Assembly (NCBI GenBank): GCA_964016885.1
Contig: OZ024744.1
Coordinates: forward strand, 3,534,001-3,598,000
DNA: 64,000 nt
Source of the DNA: Eledone cirrhosa
Lineage: Eukaryota
Reading direction: 5' to 3'
The notes under the pieces: generated by a model
Databases searched by the model: none
The model's input: the letters and a program-made list of their open reading frames with translations, nothing else
Told to the model about the DNA's origin: nothing
Made by a program: the position numbers and the translations under genes
Part shown: piece after piece, positions 10,561 to 24,649 of the stretch
Layout: each line of letters starts with the position of its first letter
Numbering within the stretch: the stretch's first letter is position 1

Positions 10561-13500
10561 AGGTAGAGAAAGATAGATTGCGAAGAACGAAGTTTTGGGG
10601 GAAGAAAAGGTAGAGAAAGATAGCTTGGTGAAGAACGAAGTTTTGGGGGAGGACAAGGTAGAGAAAGATAGCTTGGTGAAGAACGACGTATTGAGGGAAG
10701 ACAAGGTAGAGAAAGATAGCTTGGTGAAGAACGAAGTTTTGACGGAAGACAAGGTAGAGAAAGATAGCTTGGTGAAGAATGACGTTTTGTGGGAAGACAA
10801 GGTAGAGAAAGATAGCTTGGTGAAGAACGAAGTTTTGAGGGAAGACAAGGTAGAGAAAGATAGCTTGGTGAATAACGAAGTTTTGGGGAAGACAATGTAG
10901 AGAAAGATATATTGGTGAAGAACGAAGTTTTGGGGGAAGACAAGGTAGAGAAAGATAGCTTGGTGAAGAACGAAGTTTTGAGGGAAGACAAGGTAGAGAA
11001 AGATAGCTTGGTGAATAACGAAGTTTTGGGAGAAGACAAGGTAGAGAAAGATAGCTTGGTGAAGAACGACGTTTTGAGGGAAGACAAGGTAGAGAAAGAT
11101 AGCTTGGTGAAGAACGAAGTTTTGGGGAAGACAATGTAGAGAAAGATAGCTTGGTGAAGAACGAAGTTTTGGGGGAAGACAAGGTAGAGAAAGATAGCTT
11201 GGTGAAGAACGAAGTTTTGGGGGAAGACAAGGTAGAGAAAGATGACTTGGTGAAGAACGACGTTTTGAGGGAAGACAAGGTAGAGAAAGATAGCTTGGTG
11301 AAGAACGACGTTTTGAGGGAAGACAAGGTAGAGAAAGATAGCTTGGTGAAGAACGAAGTTTTGACGGAAGACAAGGTAGAGAAAGATAGCTTGGTGAAGA
11401 ATGACGTTTTGTGGGAAGACAAGGTAGAGAAAGATAGCTTGGTGAAGAACGAAGTTTTGAGGGAAGACAAGGTAGAGAAAGATAGCTTGGTGAATAACGA
11501 AGTTTTGGGAGAAGACAAGGTCGAGAAAGATAGCTTGGTGAAGAACGAAGTTTTGAGGGAAGACAAGGTAGAGAAAGATAGCTTGGTGAAGAACGAAGTT
11601 CTGATGGAAGACAAGGTAGAGAACGATAGCTTGGTGAAGAACGAAATTTTGGGGGAAGACAATGTAGAGAAGATATATTGGTGAAGAACGAAGTTTTGGG
11701 GGAAGACAAGGTAGAGAAAGATAGCTTGGTGAAGAACGAAGTTTTGAGGGAAGACAAGGTAGAGAAAGATAGCTTGGTGAATAACGAAGTTTTGGGAGAA
11801 GACAAGGTAGAGAAAGATAGCTTGGTGAAGAACGACGTTTTGAGGGAAGACAAGGTAGAGAGAGATAGCTTGGTGAAGAACGAAGTTTTGGGGAAGACAA
11901 TGTAGAGAAAGATAGCTTGGTGAAGAACGAAGTTTTGGGGGAAGACAAGGTAGAGAAAGATAGCTTGGTGAAGAACGAAGTTTTAAGGGAAGACAAGGTA
12001 GAGAAAGATAGCTTGGTGAAGAACGACGTTTTGAGGGAAGACAAGGTAGAGAAAGATAGCTTGGTGAAGAACGAAGTTATGGGGAAGACAATGTAGAGAA
12101 AGATAGCTTGGTGAAGAACGAAGTTTTGGGGGAAGACAAGGTAGAGAAAGATAGCTTGGTGAAGAACGAAGTTCTGAGGGAAGACAAGGTAGAGAAAGAT
12201 ATCTTGGTGAAGAACGAAGTTTTGACGGAAGACAAGGTAGAGAAAGATAGCTTGGTGAAGAATGACGTTTTGTGGGAAGACAAGGTAGAGAAAGATAGGT
12301 TGGTGAAGAACGAAGTTTTGTGTGAAGACAAGCTAGAGAAAGATAGCTTGGTGAAGAACGAAGTTTTGGGGGAAGACAAGGTAGAGAAAGATAGATTGGT
12401 GAAGAACGAAGTTTTGAGTGATGACAAGGTAGAGAAAGATGACTTGGTGAAGAACGAAGTTTTGGGGGAAGACAAGGTAGAGAAAGATAGCTTGGTGAAG
12501 AACGAAGTTTTGGGGGAAGACAAGGTAGAGAAAGATAGCTTGGTGAAGAACGAAGTTTTGAGGGAAGACAAGGTAGAGAAAGATAGCTTGGTGAATAACG
12601 AAGTTTTGGGAGAAGACAAGGTAGAGAAAGATAGCTTGGTGAAGAACGATGTTTTGAGGGAAGACAAGGTAGAGAAAGATAGCTTGGTGAAGAACGACGT
12701 TTTGAGGGAAGGCAAGGTAGAGAAAGATAGCTTGGTGAAGAACGACGTTTTGTGGGAAGACAAGGTAGAGAAAGATAGCTTGGTGAAGAACGAAGTTTTG
12801 GGGGAAGACAAGGTAGAGAAAGATAGCTTGCGAAGAAGGAAGTTTTGGGGGAAGACAAGGTAGAGAAAGATAGCTTGGTGAAGAACGAACTTTTGGGGGA
12901 GGACAAGGTAGAGAAAGATAGCTTGGTGAAGAACGACGTTTTGAGGGAAGACAAGGTAGAGAAAGATAGCTTGGTGAAGAACGAAGTTTTGACGGAAGAC
13001 AAGGTAGAGAAAGATAGCTTGGTGAAGAACGACGTTTTGAGGGAAGACAAGGTAGAGAAAGATAGCTTGGTGAAGAACGAAGTTTTGGGGAAGACAATGT
13101 AGAGAAAGATAGCTTGGTGAAGAACGAAGTTTTGGGGGAAGACAAGGTAGAGAAAGATAGCTTGGTGAAGAACGACGTTTTGAGGGAAGACAAGGTAGAG
13201 AAAGATAGCTTGGTGAAGAACGAAGTTATGGGGAAGACAATGTAGAGAAAGATAGCTTGGTGAAGAACGAAGTTTTGGGGGAAGACGAGGTAGAGAAAGA
13301 TAGCTTGGTGAAGAACGAAGTTCTGAGGGAAGACAAGGTAGAGAAAGATAGCTTGGTGAAGAACGAAGTTTTGGGAGAAGACAAGGTAGATAAAGATATC
13401 TTGGTGAAGAACGAAGTTTTGACGGAAGACAAGGTAGAGAAAGATAGCTTGGTGAAGAATGACGTTTTGTGGGAAGACAAGGTAGAGAAAGATAGGTTGG

Positions 13501-16500
13501 TGAAGAACGAAGTTTTGTGTGAAGACAAGCTAGAGAAAGATAACTTGGTGAAGAACGAAGTTTTGGGGGAAGACAAGGTAGAGAAAGATAGATTGGTGAA
13601 GAACGAAGTTTTGAGGGATGACAAGGTAGAGAAAGATGACTTGGTGAAGAACGAAGTTTTGGGGGAAGACAAGGTAGAGAAAGATAGCTTGGTGAAGAAC
13701 GAAGTTTTGGGGGAAGACAAGGTAGAGAAAGATAGCTTGGTGAAGAACGAAGTTTTGAGGGAAGACAAGGTAGAGAAAGATAGCTTGGTGAATAACGAAG
13801 TTTTGGGAGAAGACAAGGTAGAGAAAGATAGCTTGGTGAAGAACGAAGTTTTGGGGAAGACAATGTAGAGAAAGATAGCTTGGTGAAGAACGAAGTTTTG
13901 GGGGAAGACAAGGTAGAGAAAGATAGCTTGGTGAAGAACGAAGTTTTGAGGGAAGACAAGGTAGAGAAAGATAGCTTGGTGAATAACGAAGTTTTGGGAG
14001 AAGACAAGGTAGAGAAAGATAGCTTGGTGAAGAACGACGTTTTGAGGGAAGACAAGGTAGAGAAAGATAGCTTGGTGAAGAACGAAGTTTTGGGGAAGAC
14101 AATGTAGAGAAAGATAGCTTGGTGAAGAACGAAGTTTTGGGGGAAGACAAGGTAGAGAAAGATAGCTTGGTGAAGAACGAAGTTTTGAGGGAAGACAAGG
14201 TAGAGAAAGATAGCTTGGTGAATAACGAAGTTTTGGGAGAAGACAAGGTAGAGAAAGATAGTTGGTGAAGAACGAAGTTTTGAAGGAAGACAAGGCAGAG
14301 AAAGATAGCTTGGTGAAGAACGAGGTTTTGAGGGAAGACAAGGTAGAGAAAGATAGCTTGGTGAAGAACGACGTTTTGTGGGAAGACAAGGTAGAGAAAG
14401 ATAGCTTGGTGAAGAACGAAGTTTTGGGGGAAGACAAGGTAGAGGAAGATAGCTTGCGAAGAACGAAGTTTTGGGGGAAGACAAGGTAGAGAAAGATAGC
14501 TTGGTGAAGAACGAACTTTTGGGGGAGGACAAGGTAGAGAAAGATAGCTTGGTGAAGAACGACGTTTTGAGGGAAGACAAGGTAGAGAAAGATAGCTTGG
14601 TGAAGAACGAAGTTTTGACGGAAGACAAGGTAGAGAAAGATAGCTTGGTGAAGAATGACGTTTTGTGGTAAGACAAGGTAGAGAAAGATAGCTTGGTGAA
14701 GAACGAAGTTTTGAGGGAAGACAAGGTAGAGAAAGATAGCTTGGTGAATAACGAAGTTTTGGGGAAGACAATGTAGAGAAAGATATATTGGTGAAGAACG
14801 AAGTTTTGGGGGAAGACAAGGTAGAGAAAGATAGCTTGGTGAAGAACGAAGTTTTGAGGGAAGACAAGGTAGAGAAAGATAGCTTGGTGAATAACGAAGT
14901 TTTGGGAGAAGACAAGGTAGAGAAAGATAGCTTGGTGAAGAACGACGTTTTGAGGGAAGACAAGGTAGAGAAAGATAGCTTGGTGAAGAACGAAGTTTTG
15001 GGGAAGACAATGTAGAGAAAGATAGCTTGGTGAAGAACGAAGTTCTGAGGGAAGACAAGGTAGAGAAAGATAGCTTGGTGAAGAACGAAGTTTTGGGAGA
15101 AGACAAGGTAGAGAAAGATATCTTGGTGAAGAACGAAGTTTTGACGGAAGACAAGGTAGAGAAAGATAGCTTGGTGAAGAATGACGTTTTGTGGGAAGAC
15201 AAGGTAGAGAAAGATAGGTTGGTGAAGAACGAAGTTTTCTGTGAAGACAAGCTAGAGAAAGATAGCTTGGTGAAGAACGAAGTTTTGGGGGAAGACAAGG
15301 TAGAGAAAGATAGATTGGTGAAGAACGAAGTTTTGAGGGATGACAAGGTAGAGAAAGATGACTTGGTGAAGAACGAAGTTTTGGGGGAAGACAAGGTAGA
15401 GAAAGATAGCTTGGTGAAGAACGAAGTTTTGGGGGAAGACAAGGTAGAGAAAGATAGCTTGGTGAAGAACGAAGTTTTGAGGGAAGACAAGGTAGAGAAA
15501 GATAGCTTGGTGAATAACGAAGTTTTGGGAGAAGACAAGGTAGAGAAAGATAGCTTGGTGAAGAACGATGTTTTGAGGGAAGACAAGGTAGAGAAAGATA
15601 GCTTGGTGAAGAACGACGTTTTGAGGGAAGACAAGGTAGAGAAAGATAGCTTGGTGAAGAACGACGTTTTGTGGGAAGACAAGGTAGAGAAAGATAGCTT
15701 GGTGAAGCACGAAGTTTTGGGGGAAGACAAGGTAGAGAAAGATAGATTGCGAAGAACGAAGTTTTGGGGGAAGAAAAGGTAGAGAAAGATAGCTTGGTGA
15801 AGAACGAAGTTTTGGGGGAGGACAAGGTAGAGAAAGATAGCTTGGTGAAGAACGACGTATTGAGGGAAGACAAGGTAGAGAAAGATAGCTTGGTGAAGAA
15901 CGAAGTTTTGACGGAAGACAAGGTAGAGAAAGATAGCTTGGTGAAGAATGACGTTTTGTGGGAAGACAAGGTAGAGAAAGATAGCTTGGTGAAGAACGAA
16001 GTTTTGAGGGAAGACAAGGTAGAGAAAGATAGCTTGGTGAATAACGAAGTTTTGGGGAAGACAATGTAGAGAAAGATATATTGGTGAAGAACGAAGTTTT
16101 GGGGGAAGACAAGGTAGAGAAAGATAGCTTGGTGAAGAACGAAGTTTTGAGGGAAGACAAGGTAGAGAAAGATAGCTTGGTGAATAACGAAGTTTTGGGA
16201 GAAGACAAGGTAGAGAAAGATAGCTTGGTGAAGAACGACGTTTTGAGGGAAGACAAGGTAGAGAAAGATAGCTTGGTGAAGAACGAAGTTTTGGGGAAGA
16301 CAATGTAGAGAAAGATAGCTTGGTGAAGAACGAAGTTTTGGGGGAAGACAAGGTAGAGAAAGATAGCTTGGTGAAGAACGAAGTTTTGGGGGAAGACAAG
16401 GTAGAGAAAGATGACTTGGTGAAGAACGACGTTTTGAGGGAAGACAAGGTAGAGAAAGATAGCTTGGTGAAGAACGACGTTTTGAGGGAAGACAAGGTAG

Positions 16501-17850
16501 AGAAAGATAGCTTGGTGAAGAACGAAGTTTTGACGGAAGACAAGGTAGAGAAAGATAGCTTGGTGAAGAATGACGTTTTGTGGGAAGACAAGGTAGAGAA
16601 AGATAGCTTGGTGAAGAACGAAGTTTTGAGGGAAGACAAGGTAGAGAAAGATAGCTTGGTGAATAACGAAGTTTTGGGAGAAGACAAGGTCGAGAAAGAT
16701 AGCTTGGTGAAGAACGAAGTTTTGAGGGAAGACAAGGTAGAGAAAGATAGCTTGGTGAAGAACGAAGTTCTGATGGAAGACAAGGTAGAGAAAGATAGCT
16801 TGGTGAAGAACGAAATTTTGGGGGAAGACAATGTAGAGAAGATATATTGGTGAAGAACGAAGTTTTGGGGGAAGACAAGGTAGAGAAAGATAGCTTGGTG
16901 AAGAACGAAGTTTTGAGGGAAGACAAGGTAGAGAAAGATAGCTTGGTGAATAACGAAGTTTTGGGAGAAGACAAGGTAGAGAAAGATAGCTTGGTGAAGA
17001 ACGACGTTTTGAGGGAAGACAAGGTAGAGAGAGATAGCTTGGTGAAGAACGAAGTTTTGGGGAAGACAATGTAGAGAAAGATAGCTTGGTGAAGAACGAA
17101 GTTTTGGGGGAAGACAAGGTAGAGAAAGATAGCTTGGTGAAGAACGAAGTTTTAAGGGAAGACAAGGTAGAGAAAGATAGCTTGGTGAAGAACGACGTTT
17201 TGAGGGAAGACAAGGTAGAGAAAGATAGCTTGGTGAAGAACGAAGTTATGGGGAAGACAATGTAGAGAAAGATAGCTTGGTGAAGAACGAAGTTTTGGGG
17301 GAAGACAAGGTAGAGAAAGATAGCTTGGTGAAGAACGAAGTTCTGAGGGAAGACAAGGTAGAGAAAGATATCTTGGTGAAGAACGAAGTTTTGACGGAAG
17401 ACAAGGTAGAGAAAGATAGCTTGGTGAAGAATGACGTTTTGTGGGAAGACAAGGTAGAGAAAGATAGGTTGGTGAAGAACGAAGTTTTGTGTGAAGACAA
17501 GCTAGAGAAAGATAGCTTGGTGAAGAACGAAGTTTTGGGGGAAGACAAGGTAGAAAAAAATAGATTGGTGAAGAACGAAGTTTTGAGGGATGACAAGGTA
17601 GAGAAAGATGACTTGGTGAAGAACGAAGTTTTGGGGGAAGACAAGGTAGAGAAAGATAGCTTGGTGAAGAACGAAGTTTTGGGGGAAGACAAGGTAGGGA
17701 AAGATAGCTTGGTGAAGAACGAAGTTTTGAGGGAAGACAAGGTAGAGAAAGATAGCTTGGTGAATAACGAAGTTTTGGGAGAAGACAAGGTAGAGAAAGA
17801 TAGCTTGGTGAAGAACGATGTTTTGAGGGAAGACAAGGTAGAGAAAGATA
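9858..17850. repeat. Dispersed ~2.8-kb block duplication, offset 5169 bp (~9858-12680 vs ~15027-17850)
   Basis: ORF pairs 10595/15764, 10912/16081, 11151/16320, 11678/16847 and 12108/17277. Shared variants include GAAGAAAAGG, GACGTATTG, GAGAAGATATATT and TTTTAAGGG. Confidence 0.85.
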
Positions 17851-20800
17851 GATTGCGAAGAACGAAGTTTTGGGGGAAGAAAAGGTAGAGAAAGATAGCT
17901 TGGTGAAGAACGAAGTTTTGGGGGAGGACAAGGTAGAGAAAGATAGCTTGGTGAAGAACGACGTATTGAGGGAAGACAAGGTAGAGAAAGATAGCTTGGT
18001 GAAGAACGAAGTTTTGACGGAAGACAAGGTAGAGAAAGATAGCTTGGTGAAGAATGACGTTTTGTGGGAAGACAAGGTAGAGAAAGATAGCTTGGTGAAG
18101 AACGAAGTTTTGAGGGAAGACAAGGTAGAGAAAGATAGCTTGGTGAATAACGAAGTTTTGGGGAAGACAATGTAGAGAAAGATATATTGGTGAAGAACGA
18201 AGTTTTGGGGGAAGACAAGGTAGAGAAAGATAGCTTGGTGAAGAACGAAGTTTTGAGGGAAGACAAGGTAGAGAAAGATAGCTTGGTGAATAACGAAGTT
18301 TTGGGAGAAGACAAGGTAGAGAAAGATAGCTTGGTGAAGAACGACGTTTTGAGGGAAGACAAGGTAGAGAAAGATAGCTTGGTGAAGAACGAAGTTTTGG
18401 GGAAGACAATGTAGAGAAAGATAGCTTGGTGAAGAACGAAGTTTTGGGGGAAGACAAGGTAGAGAAAGATAGATTGGTGAAGAACGAAGTTTTGGGGGAA
18501 GACAAGGTAGAGAAAGATAGCTTGGTGAAGAACGACGTTTTGAGGGAAGACAAGGTAGAGAAAGATAGCTTGGTGAAGAACGACGTTTTGAGGGAAGACA
18601 AGGTAGAGAAAGATAGCTTGGTGAAGAACGAAGTTTTGACGGAAGACAAGGTAGAGAAAGATAGCTTGGTGAAGAATGACGTTTTGTGGGAAGACAAGGT
18701 AGAGAAAGATAGCTTGGTGAAGAACGAAGTTTTGAGGGAAGACAAGGTAGAGAAAGATAGCTTGGTGAATAACGAAGTTTTGGGAGAAGACAAGGTCGAG
18801 AAAGATAGCTTGGTGAAGAACGAAGTTCTGATGGAAGACAAGGTAGAGAAAGATAGCTTGGTGAAGAACGAAATTTTGGGGGAAGACAATGTAGAGAAGA
18901 TATATTGGTGAAGAACGAAGTTTTGGGGGAAGACAAGGTAGAGAAAGATAGCTTGGTGAATAACGAAGTTTTGGGAGAAGACAAGGTAGAGAAAGATAGC
19001 TTGGTGAAGAACGACGTTTTGAGGGAAGACAAGGTAGAGAGAGATAGCTTGGTGAAGAACGAAGTTTTGGGGAAGACAATGTAGAGAAAGATAGCTTGGT
19101 GAAGAACGAAGTTTTGGGGGAAGACAAGGTAGAGAAAGATAGCTTGGTGAAGAACGAAGTTTTAAGGGAAGACAAGGTAGAGAAAGATAGCTTGGTGAAG
19201 AACGACGTTTTGAGGGAAGACAAGGTAGAGAAAGATAGCTTGGTGAAGAACGAAGTTATGGGGAAGACAATGTAGAGAAAGATAGCTTGGTGAAGAACGA
19301 AGTTTTGGGGGAAGACAAGGTAGAGAAAGATAGCTTGGTGAAGAACGAAGTTCTGAGGGAAGACAAGGTAGAGAAAGATATCTTGGTGAAGAACGAAGTT
19401 TTGACGGAAGACAAGGTAGAGAAAGATAGCTTGGTGAAGAATGACGTTTTGTGGGAAGACAAGGTAGAGAAAGATAGGTTGGTGAAGAACGAAGTTTTGT
19501 GTGAAGACAAGCTAGAGAAAGATAGCTTGGTGAAGAACGAAGTTTTGGGGGAAGACAAGGTAGAGAAAGATAGATTGGTGAAGAACGAAGTTTTGAGTGA
19601 TGACAAGGTAGAGAAAGATGACTTGGTGAAGAACGAAGTTTTGGGGGAAGACAAGGTAGAGAAAGATAGCTTGGTGAAGAACGAAGTTTTGGGGGAAGAC
19701 AAGGTAGAGAAAGATAGCTTGGTGAAGAACGAAGTTTTGAGGGAAGACAAGGTAGAGAAAGATAGCTTGGTGAATAACGAAGTTTTGGGAGAAGACAAGG
19801 TAGAGAAAGATAGCTTGGTGAAGAACGATGTTTTGAGGGAAGACAAGGTAGAGAAAGATAGCTTGGTGAAGAACGACGTTTTGAGGGAAGGCAAGGTAGA
19901 GAAAGATAGCTTGGTGAAGAACGACGTTTTGTGGGAAGACAAGGTAGAGAAAGATAGCTTGGTGGAGAACGAAGTTTTGGGGGAAGACAAGGTAGAGAAA
20001 GATAGCTTGCGAAGAAGGAAGTTTTGGGGGAAGACAAGGTAGAGAAAGATAGCTTGGTGAAGAACGAACTTTTGGGGGAGGACAAGGTAGAGAAAGATAG
20101 CTTGGTGAAGAACGACGTTTTGAGGGAAGACAAGGTAGAGAAAGATAGCTTGGTGAAGAACGAAGTTTTGACGGAAGACAAGGTAGAGAAAGATAGCTTG
20201 GTGAAGAACGTAGTTTTGAGGGAAGACAAGGTAGAGAAAGATAGCTTGGTGAAGAACGAAGTTCTGATGGAAGACAAGGTAGAGAAAGATAGCTTGGTGA
20301 AGAACGAAATTTTGGGGGAAGACAATGTAGAGAAGATATATTGGTGAAGAACGAAGTTTTGGGGGAAGACAAGGTAGAGAAAGATAGCTTGGTGAAGAAC
20401 GAAGTTTTGAGGGAAGACAAGGTAGAGAAAGATAGCTTGGTGAATAACGAAGTTTTGGGAGAAGACAAGGTAGAGAAAGATAGCTTGGTGAAGAACGACG
20501 TTTTGAGGGAAGACAAGGTAGAGAGAGATAGCTTGGTGAAGAACGAAGTTTTGGGGAAGACAATGTAGAGAAAGATAGCTTGGTGAAGAACGAAGTTTTG
20601 GGGGAAGACAAGGTAGAGAAAGATAGCTTGGTGAAGAACGAAGTTTTAAGGGAAGACAAGGTAGAGAAAGATAGCTTGGTGAAGAACGACGTTTTGAGGG
20701 AAGACAAGGTAGAGAAAGATAGCTTGGTGAAGAACGAAGTTATGGGGAAGACAATGTAGAGAAAGATAGCTTGGTGAAGAACGAAGTTTTGGGGGAAGAC

Positions 20801-22500
20801 AAGGTAGAGAAAGATAGCTTGGTGAAGAACGAAGTTCTGAGGGAAGACAAGGTAGAGAAAGATATCTTGGTGAAGAACGAAGTTTTGACGGAAGACAAGG
20901 TAGAGAAAGATAGCTTGGTGAAGAATGACGTTTTGTGGGAAGACAAGGTAGAGAAAGATAGGTTGGTGAAGAACGAAGTTTTGTGTGAAGACAAGCTAGA
21001 GAAAGATAGCTTGGTGAAGAACGAAGTTTTGGGGGAAGACAAGGTAGAGAAAGATAGATTGGTGAAGAACGAAGTTTTGAGTGATGACAAGGTAGAGAAA
21101 GATGACTTGGTGAAGAACGAAGTTTTGGGGGAAGACAAGGTAGAGAAAGATAGCTTGGTGAAGAACGAAGTTTTGGGGGAAGACAAGGTAGAGAAAGATA
21201 GCTTGGTGAAGAACGAAGTTTTGAGGGAAGACAAGGTAGAGAAAGATAGCTTGGTGAATAACGAAGTTTTGGGAGAAGACAAGGTAGAGAAAGATAGCTT
21301 GGTGAAGAACGATGTTTTGAGGGAAGACAAGGTAGAGAAAGATAGCTTGGTGAAGAACGACGTTTTGAGGGAAGGCAAGGTAGAGAAAGATAGCTTGGTG
21401 AAGAACGACGTTTTGTGGGAAGACAAGGTAGAGAAAGATAGCTTGGTGAAGAACGAAGTTTTGGGGGAAGACAAGGTAGAGAAAGATAGCTTGCGAAGAA
21501 GGAAGTTTTGGGGGAAGACAAGGTAGAGAAAGATAGCTTGGTGAAGAACGAACTTTTGGGGGAGGACAAGGTAGAGAAAGATAGCTTGGTGAAGAACGAC
21601 GTTTTGAGGGAAGACAAGGTAGAGAAAGATAGCTTGGTGAAGAACGAAGTTTTGACGGAAGACAAGGTAGAGAAAGATAGCTTGGTGAAGAACGACGTTT
21701 TGAGGGAAGACAAGGTAGAGAAAGATAGCTTGGTGAAGAACGAAGTTTTGGGGAAGACAATGTAGAGAAAGATAGCTTGGTGAAGAACGAAGTTTTGGGG
21801 GAAGACAAGGTAGAGAAAGATAGCTTGGTGAAGAACGACGTTTTGAGGGAAGACAAGGTAGAGAAAGATAGCTTGGTGAAGAACGAAGTTATGGGGAAGA
21901 CAATGTAGAGAAAGATAGCTTGGTGAAGAACGAAGTTTTGGGGGAAGACAAGGTAGAGAAAGATAGCTTGGTGAAGAACGAAGTTCTGAGGGAAGACAAG
22001 GTAGAGAAAGATAGCTTGGTGAAGAACGAGGTTTTGGGAGAAGACAAGGTAGATAAAGATATCTTGGTGAAGAACGAAGTTTTGACGGAAGACAAGGTAG
22101 AGAAAGATAGCTTGGTGAAGAATGACGTTTTGTGGGAAGACAAGGTAGAGAAAGATAGGTTGGTGAAGAACGAAGTTTTGTGTGAAGACAAGCTAGAGAA
22201 AGATAACTTGGTGAAGAACGAAGTTTTGGGGGAAGACAAGGTAGAGAAAGATAGATTGGTGAAGAACGAAGTGTTGAGGGATGACAAGGTAGAGAAAGAT
22301 GACTTGGTGAAGAACGAAGTTTTGGGGGAAGACAAGGTAGAGAAAGATAGCTTGGTGAAGAACGAAGTTTTGGGGGAAGACAAGGTAGAGAAAGATAGCT
22401 TGGTGAAGAACGAAGTTTTGAGGGAAGACAAGGTAGAGAAAGATAGCTTGGTGAATAACGAAGTTTTGGGAGAAGACAAGGTAGAGAAAGATAGCTTGGT
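11600..22500. repeat. Dispersed ~2.2-kb block duplication, offset 8663 bp (~11600-13850 vs ~20260-22500)
   Basis: ORF pairs 11678/20341, 12108/20771, 12845/21508 and 13257/21920. Shared variants include GAGTGATGAC, GCGAAGAAGGAAG, GAACTTTTG and GATAACTTG. Confidence 0.85.
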
Positions 22501-24649
22501 GAAGAACGAAGTTTTGGGGGAAGACAAGGTAGAGAAAGATAGCTTGGTGAAGAACGAAGTTTTGAGGGAAGACAAGGTAGAGAAAGATAGCTTGGTGAAT
22601 AACGAAGTTTTGGGAGAAGACAAGGTAGAGAAAGATAGCTTGGTGAAGAACGAAGTTTTGGGGAAGACAATGTAGAGAAAGATAGCTTGGTGAAGAACGA
22701 AGTTTTGGGGGAAGACAAGGTAGAGAAAGATAGCTTGGTGAAGAACGAAGTTTTGGGAGAAGACAAGGTAGAGAAAGATAGCTTGGTGAAGAACGACGTT
22801 TTGAGGGAAGACAAGGTAGAGAAAGATAGGTTGGTGAAGAACGAAGTTTTGTGTGAAGACAAGCTAGAGAAAGATAACTTGGTGAAGAACGAAGTTTTGG
22901 GGGAAGACAAGGTAGAGAAAGATAGATTGGTGAAGAACGAAGTGTTGAGGGATGACAAGGTAGAGAAAGATGACTTGGTGAAGAACGAAGTTTTGGGGGA
23001 AGACAAGGTAGAGAAAGATAGCTTGGTGAAGAACGAAGTTTTGGGGGAAGACAAGGTAGAGAAAGATAGCTTGGTGAAGAACGAAGTTTTGAGGGAAGAC
23101 AAGGTAGAGAAAGATAGCTTGGTGAATAACGAAGTTTTGGGAGAAGACAAGGTAGAGAAAGATAGCTTGGTGAAGAACGAAGTTTTGGGGAAGACAATGT
23201 AGAGAAAGATAGCTTGGTGAAGAACGAAGTTTTGGGGGAAGACAAGGTAGAGAAAGATAGCTTGGTGAAGAACGAAGTTTTGGGAGAAGACAAGGTAGAG
23301 AAAGATAGCTTGGTGAAGAACGACGTTTTGAGGGAAGACAAGGTAGAGAAAGATAGCTTGGTGAAGAACGAAGTTTTGGGGAAGACAATGTAGAGAAAGA
23401 TAGCTTGGTGAAGAACGAAGTTTTGGGGGAAGACAAGGTAGAGAAAGATAGCTTGGTGAAGAACGAAGTTTTGAGGGAAGACAAGGTAGAGAAAGATAGC
23501 TTGGTGAATAACGAAGTTTTGGGAGAAGACAAGGTAGAGAAAGATAGTTGGTGAAGAACGAAGTTTTGAAGGAAGACAAGGCAGAGAAAGATAGCTTGGT
23601 GAAGAACGAAGTTTTGAGGGAAGACAAGGTAGAGAAAGATAGCTTGGTGAAGAACGACGTTTTGTGGGAAGACAAGGTAGAGAAAGATAGCTTGGTGAAG
23701 AACGAAGATTTGGGGGAAGACAAGGTAGAGAAAGATAGCTTGCGAAGAACGAAGTTTTGGGGGAAGACAAGGTAGAGAAAGATAGCTTGGTGAAGAACGA
23801 ACTTTTGGGGGAGGACAAGGTAGAGAAAGATAGCTTGGTGAAGAACGACGTTTTGAGGGAAGACAAGGTAGAGAAAGATAGCTTGGTGAAGAACGAAGTT
23901 TTGACGGAAGACAAGGTAGAGAAAGATAGCTTGGTGAAGAATGACGTTTTGTGGTAAGACAAGGTAGAGAAAGATAGCTTGGTGAAGAACGAAGTTTTGA
24001 GGGAAGACAAGGTAGAGAAAGATAGCTTGGTGAATAACGAAGTTTTGGGGAAGACAATGTAGAGAAAGATATATTGGTGAAGAACGAAGTTTTGGGGGAA
24101 GACAAGGTAGAGAAAGATAGCTTGGTGAAGAACGAAGTTTTGAGGGAAGACAAGGTAGAGAAAGATAGCTTGGTGAATAACGAAGTTTTGGGAGAAGACA
24201 AGGTAGAGAAAGATAGCTTGGTGAAGAACGACGTTTTGAGGGAAGACAAGGTAGAGAAAGATAGCTTGGTGAAGAACGAAGTTTTGGGGAAGACAATGTA
24301 GAGAAAGATAGCTTGGTGAAGAACGAAGTTTTGGGGGAAGACAAGGTAGAGAAAGATAGCTTGGTGAAGAACGAAGTTTTGGGGGAAGACAAGGTAGAGA
24401 AAGATAGCTTGGTGAAGAACGACGTTTTGAGGGAAGACAAGGTAGAGAAAGATAGCTTGGTGAAGAACGACGTTTTGAGGGAAGACAAGGTAGAGAAAGA
24501 TAGCTTGGTGAAGAACGAAGTTTTGACGGAAGACAAGGTAGAGAAAGATAGCTTGGTGAAGAATGACGTTTTGTGGGAAGACAAGGTAGAGAAAGATAGC
24601 TTGGTGAAGAACGAATTTTTGAGGGAAGACAAGGTAGAGAAAGATAGCT

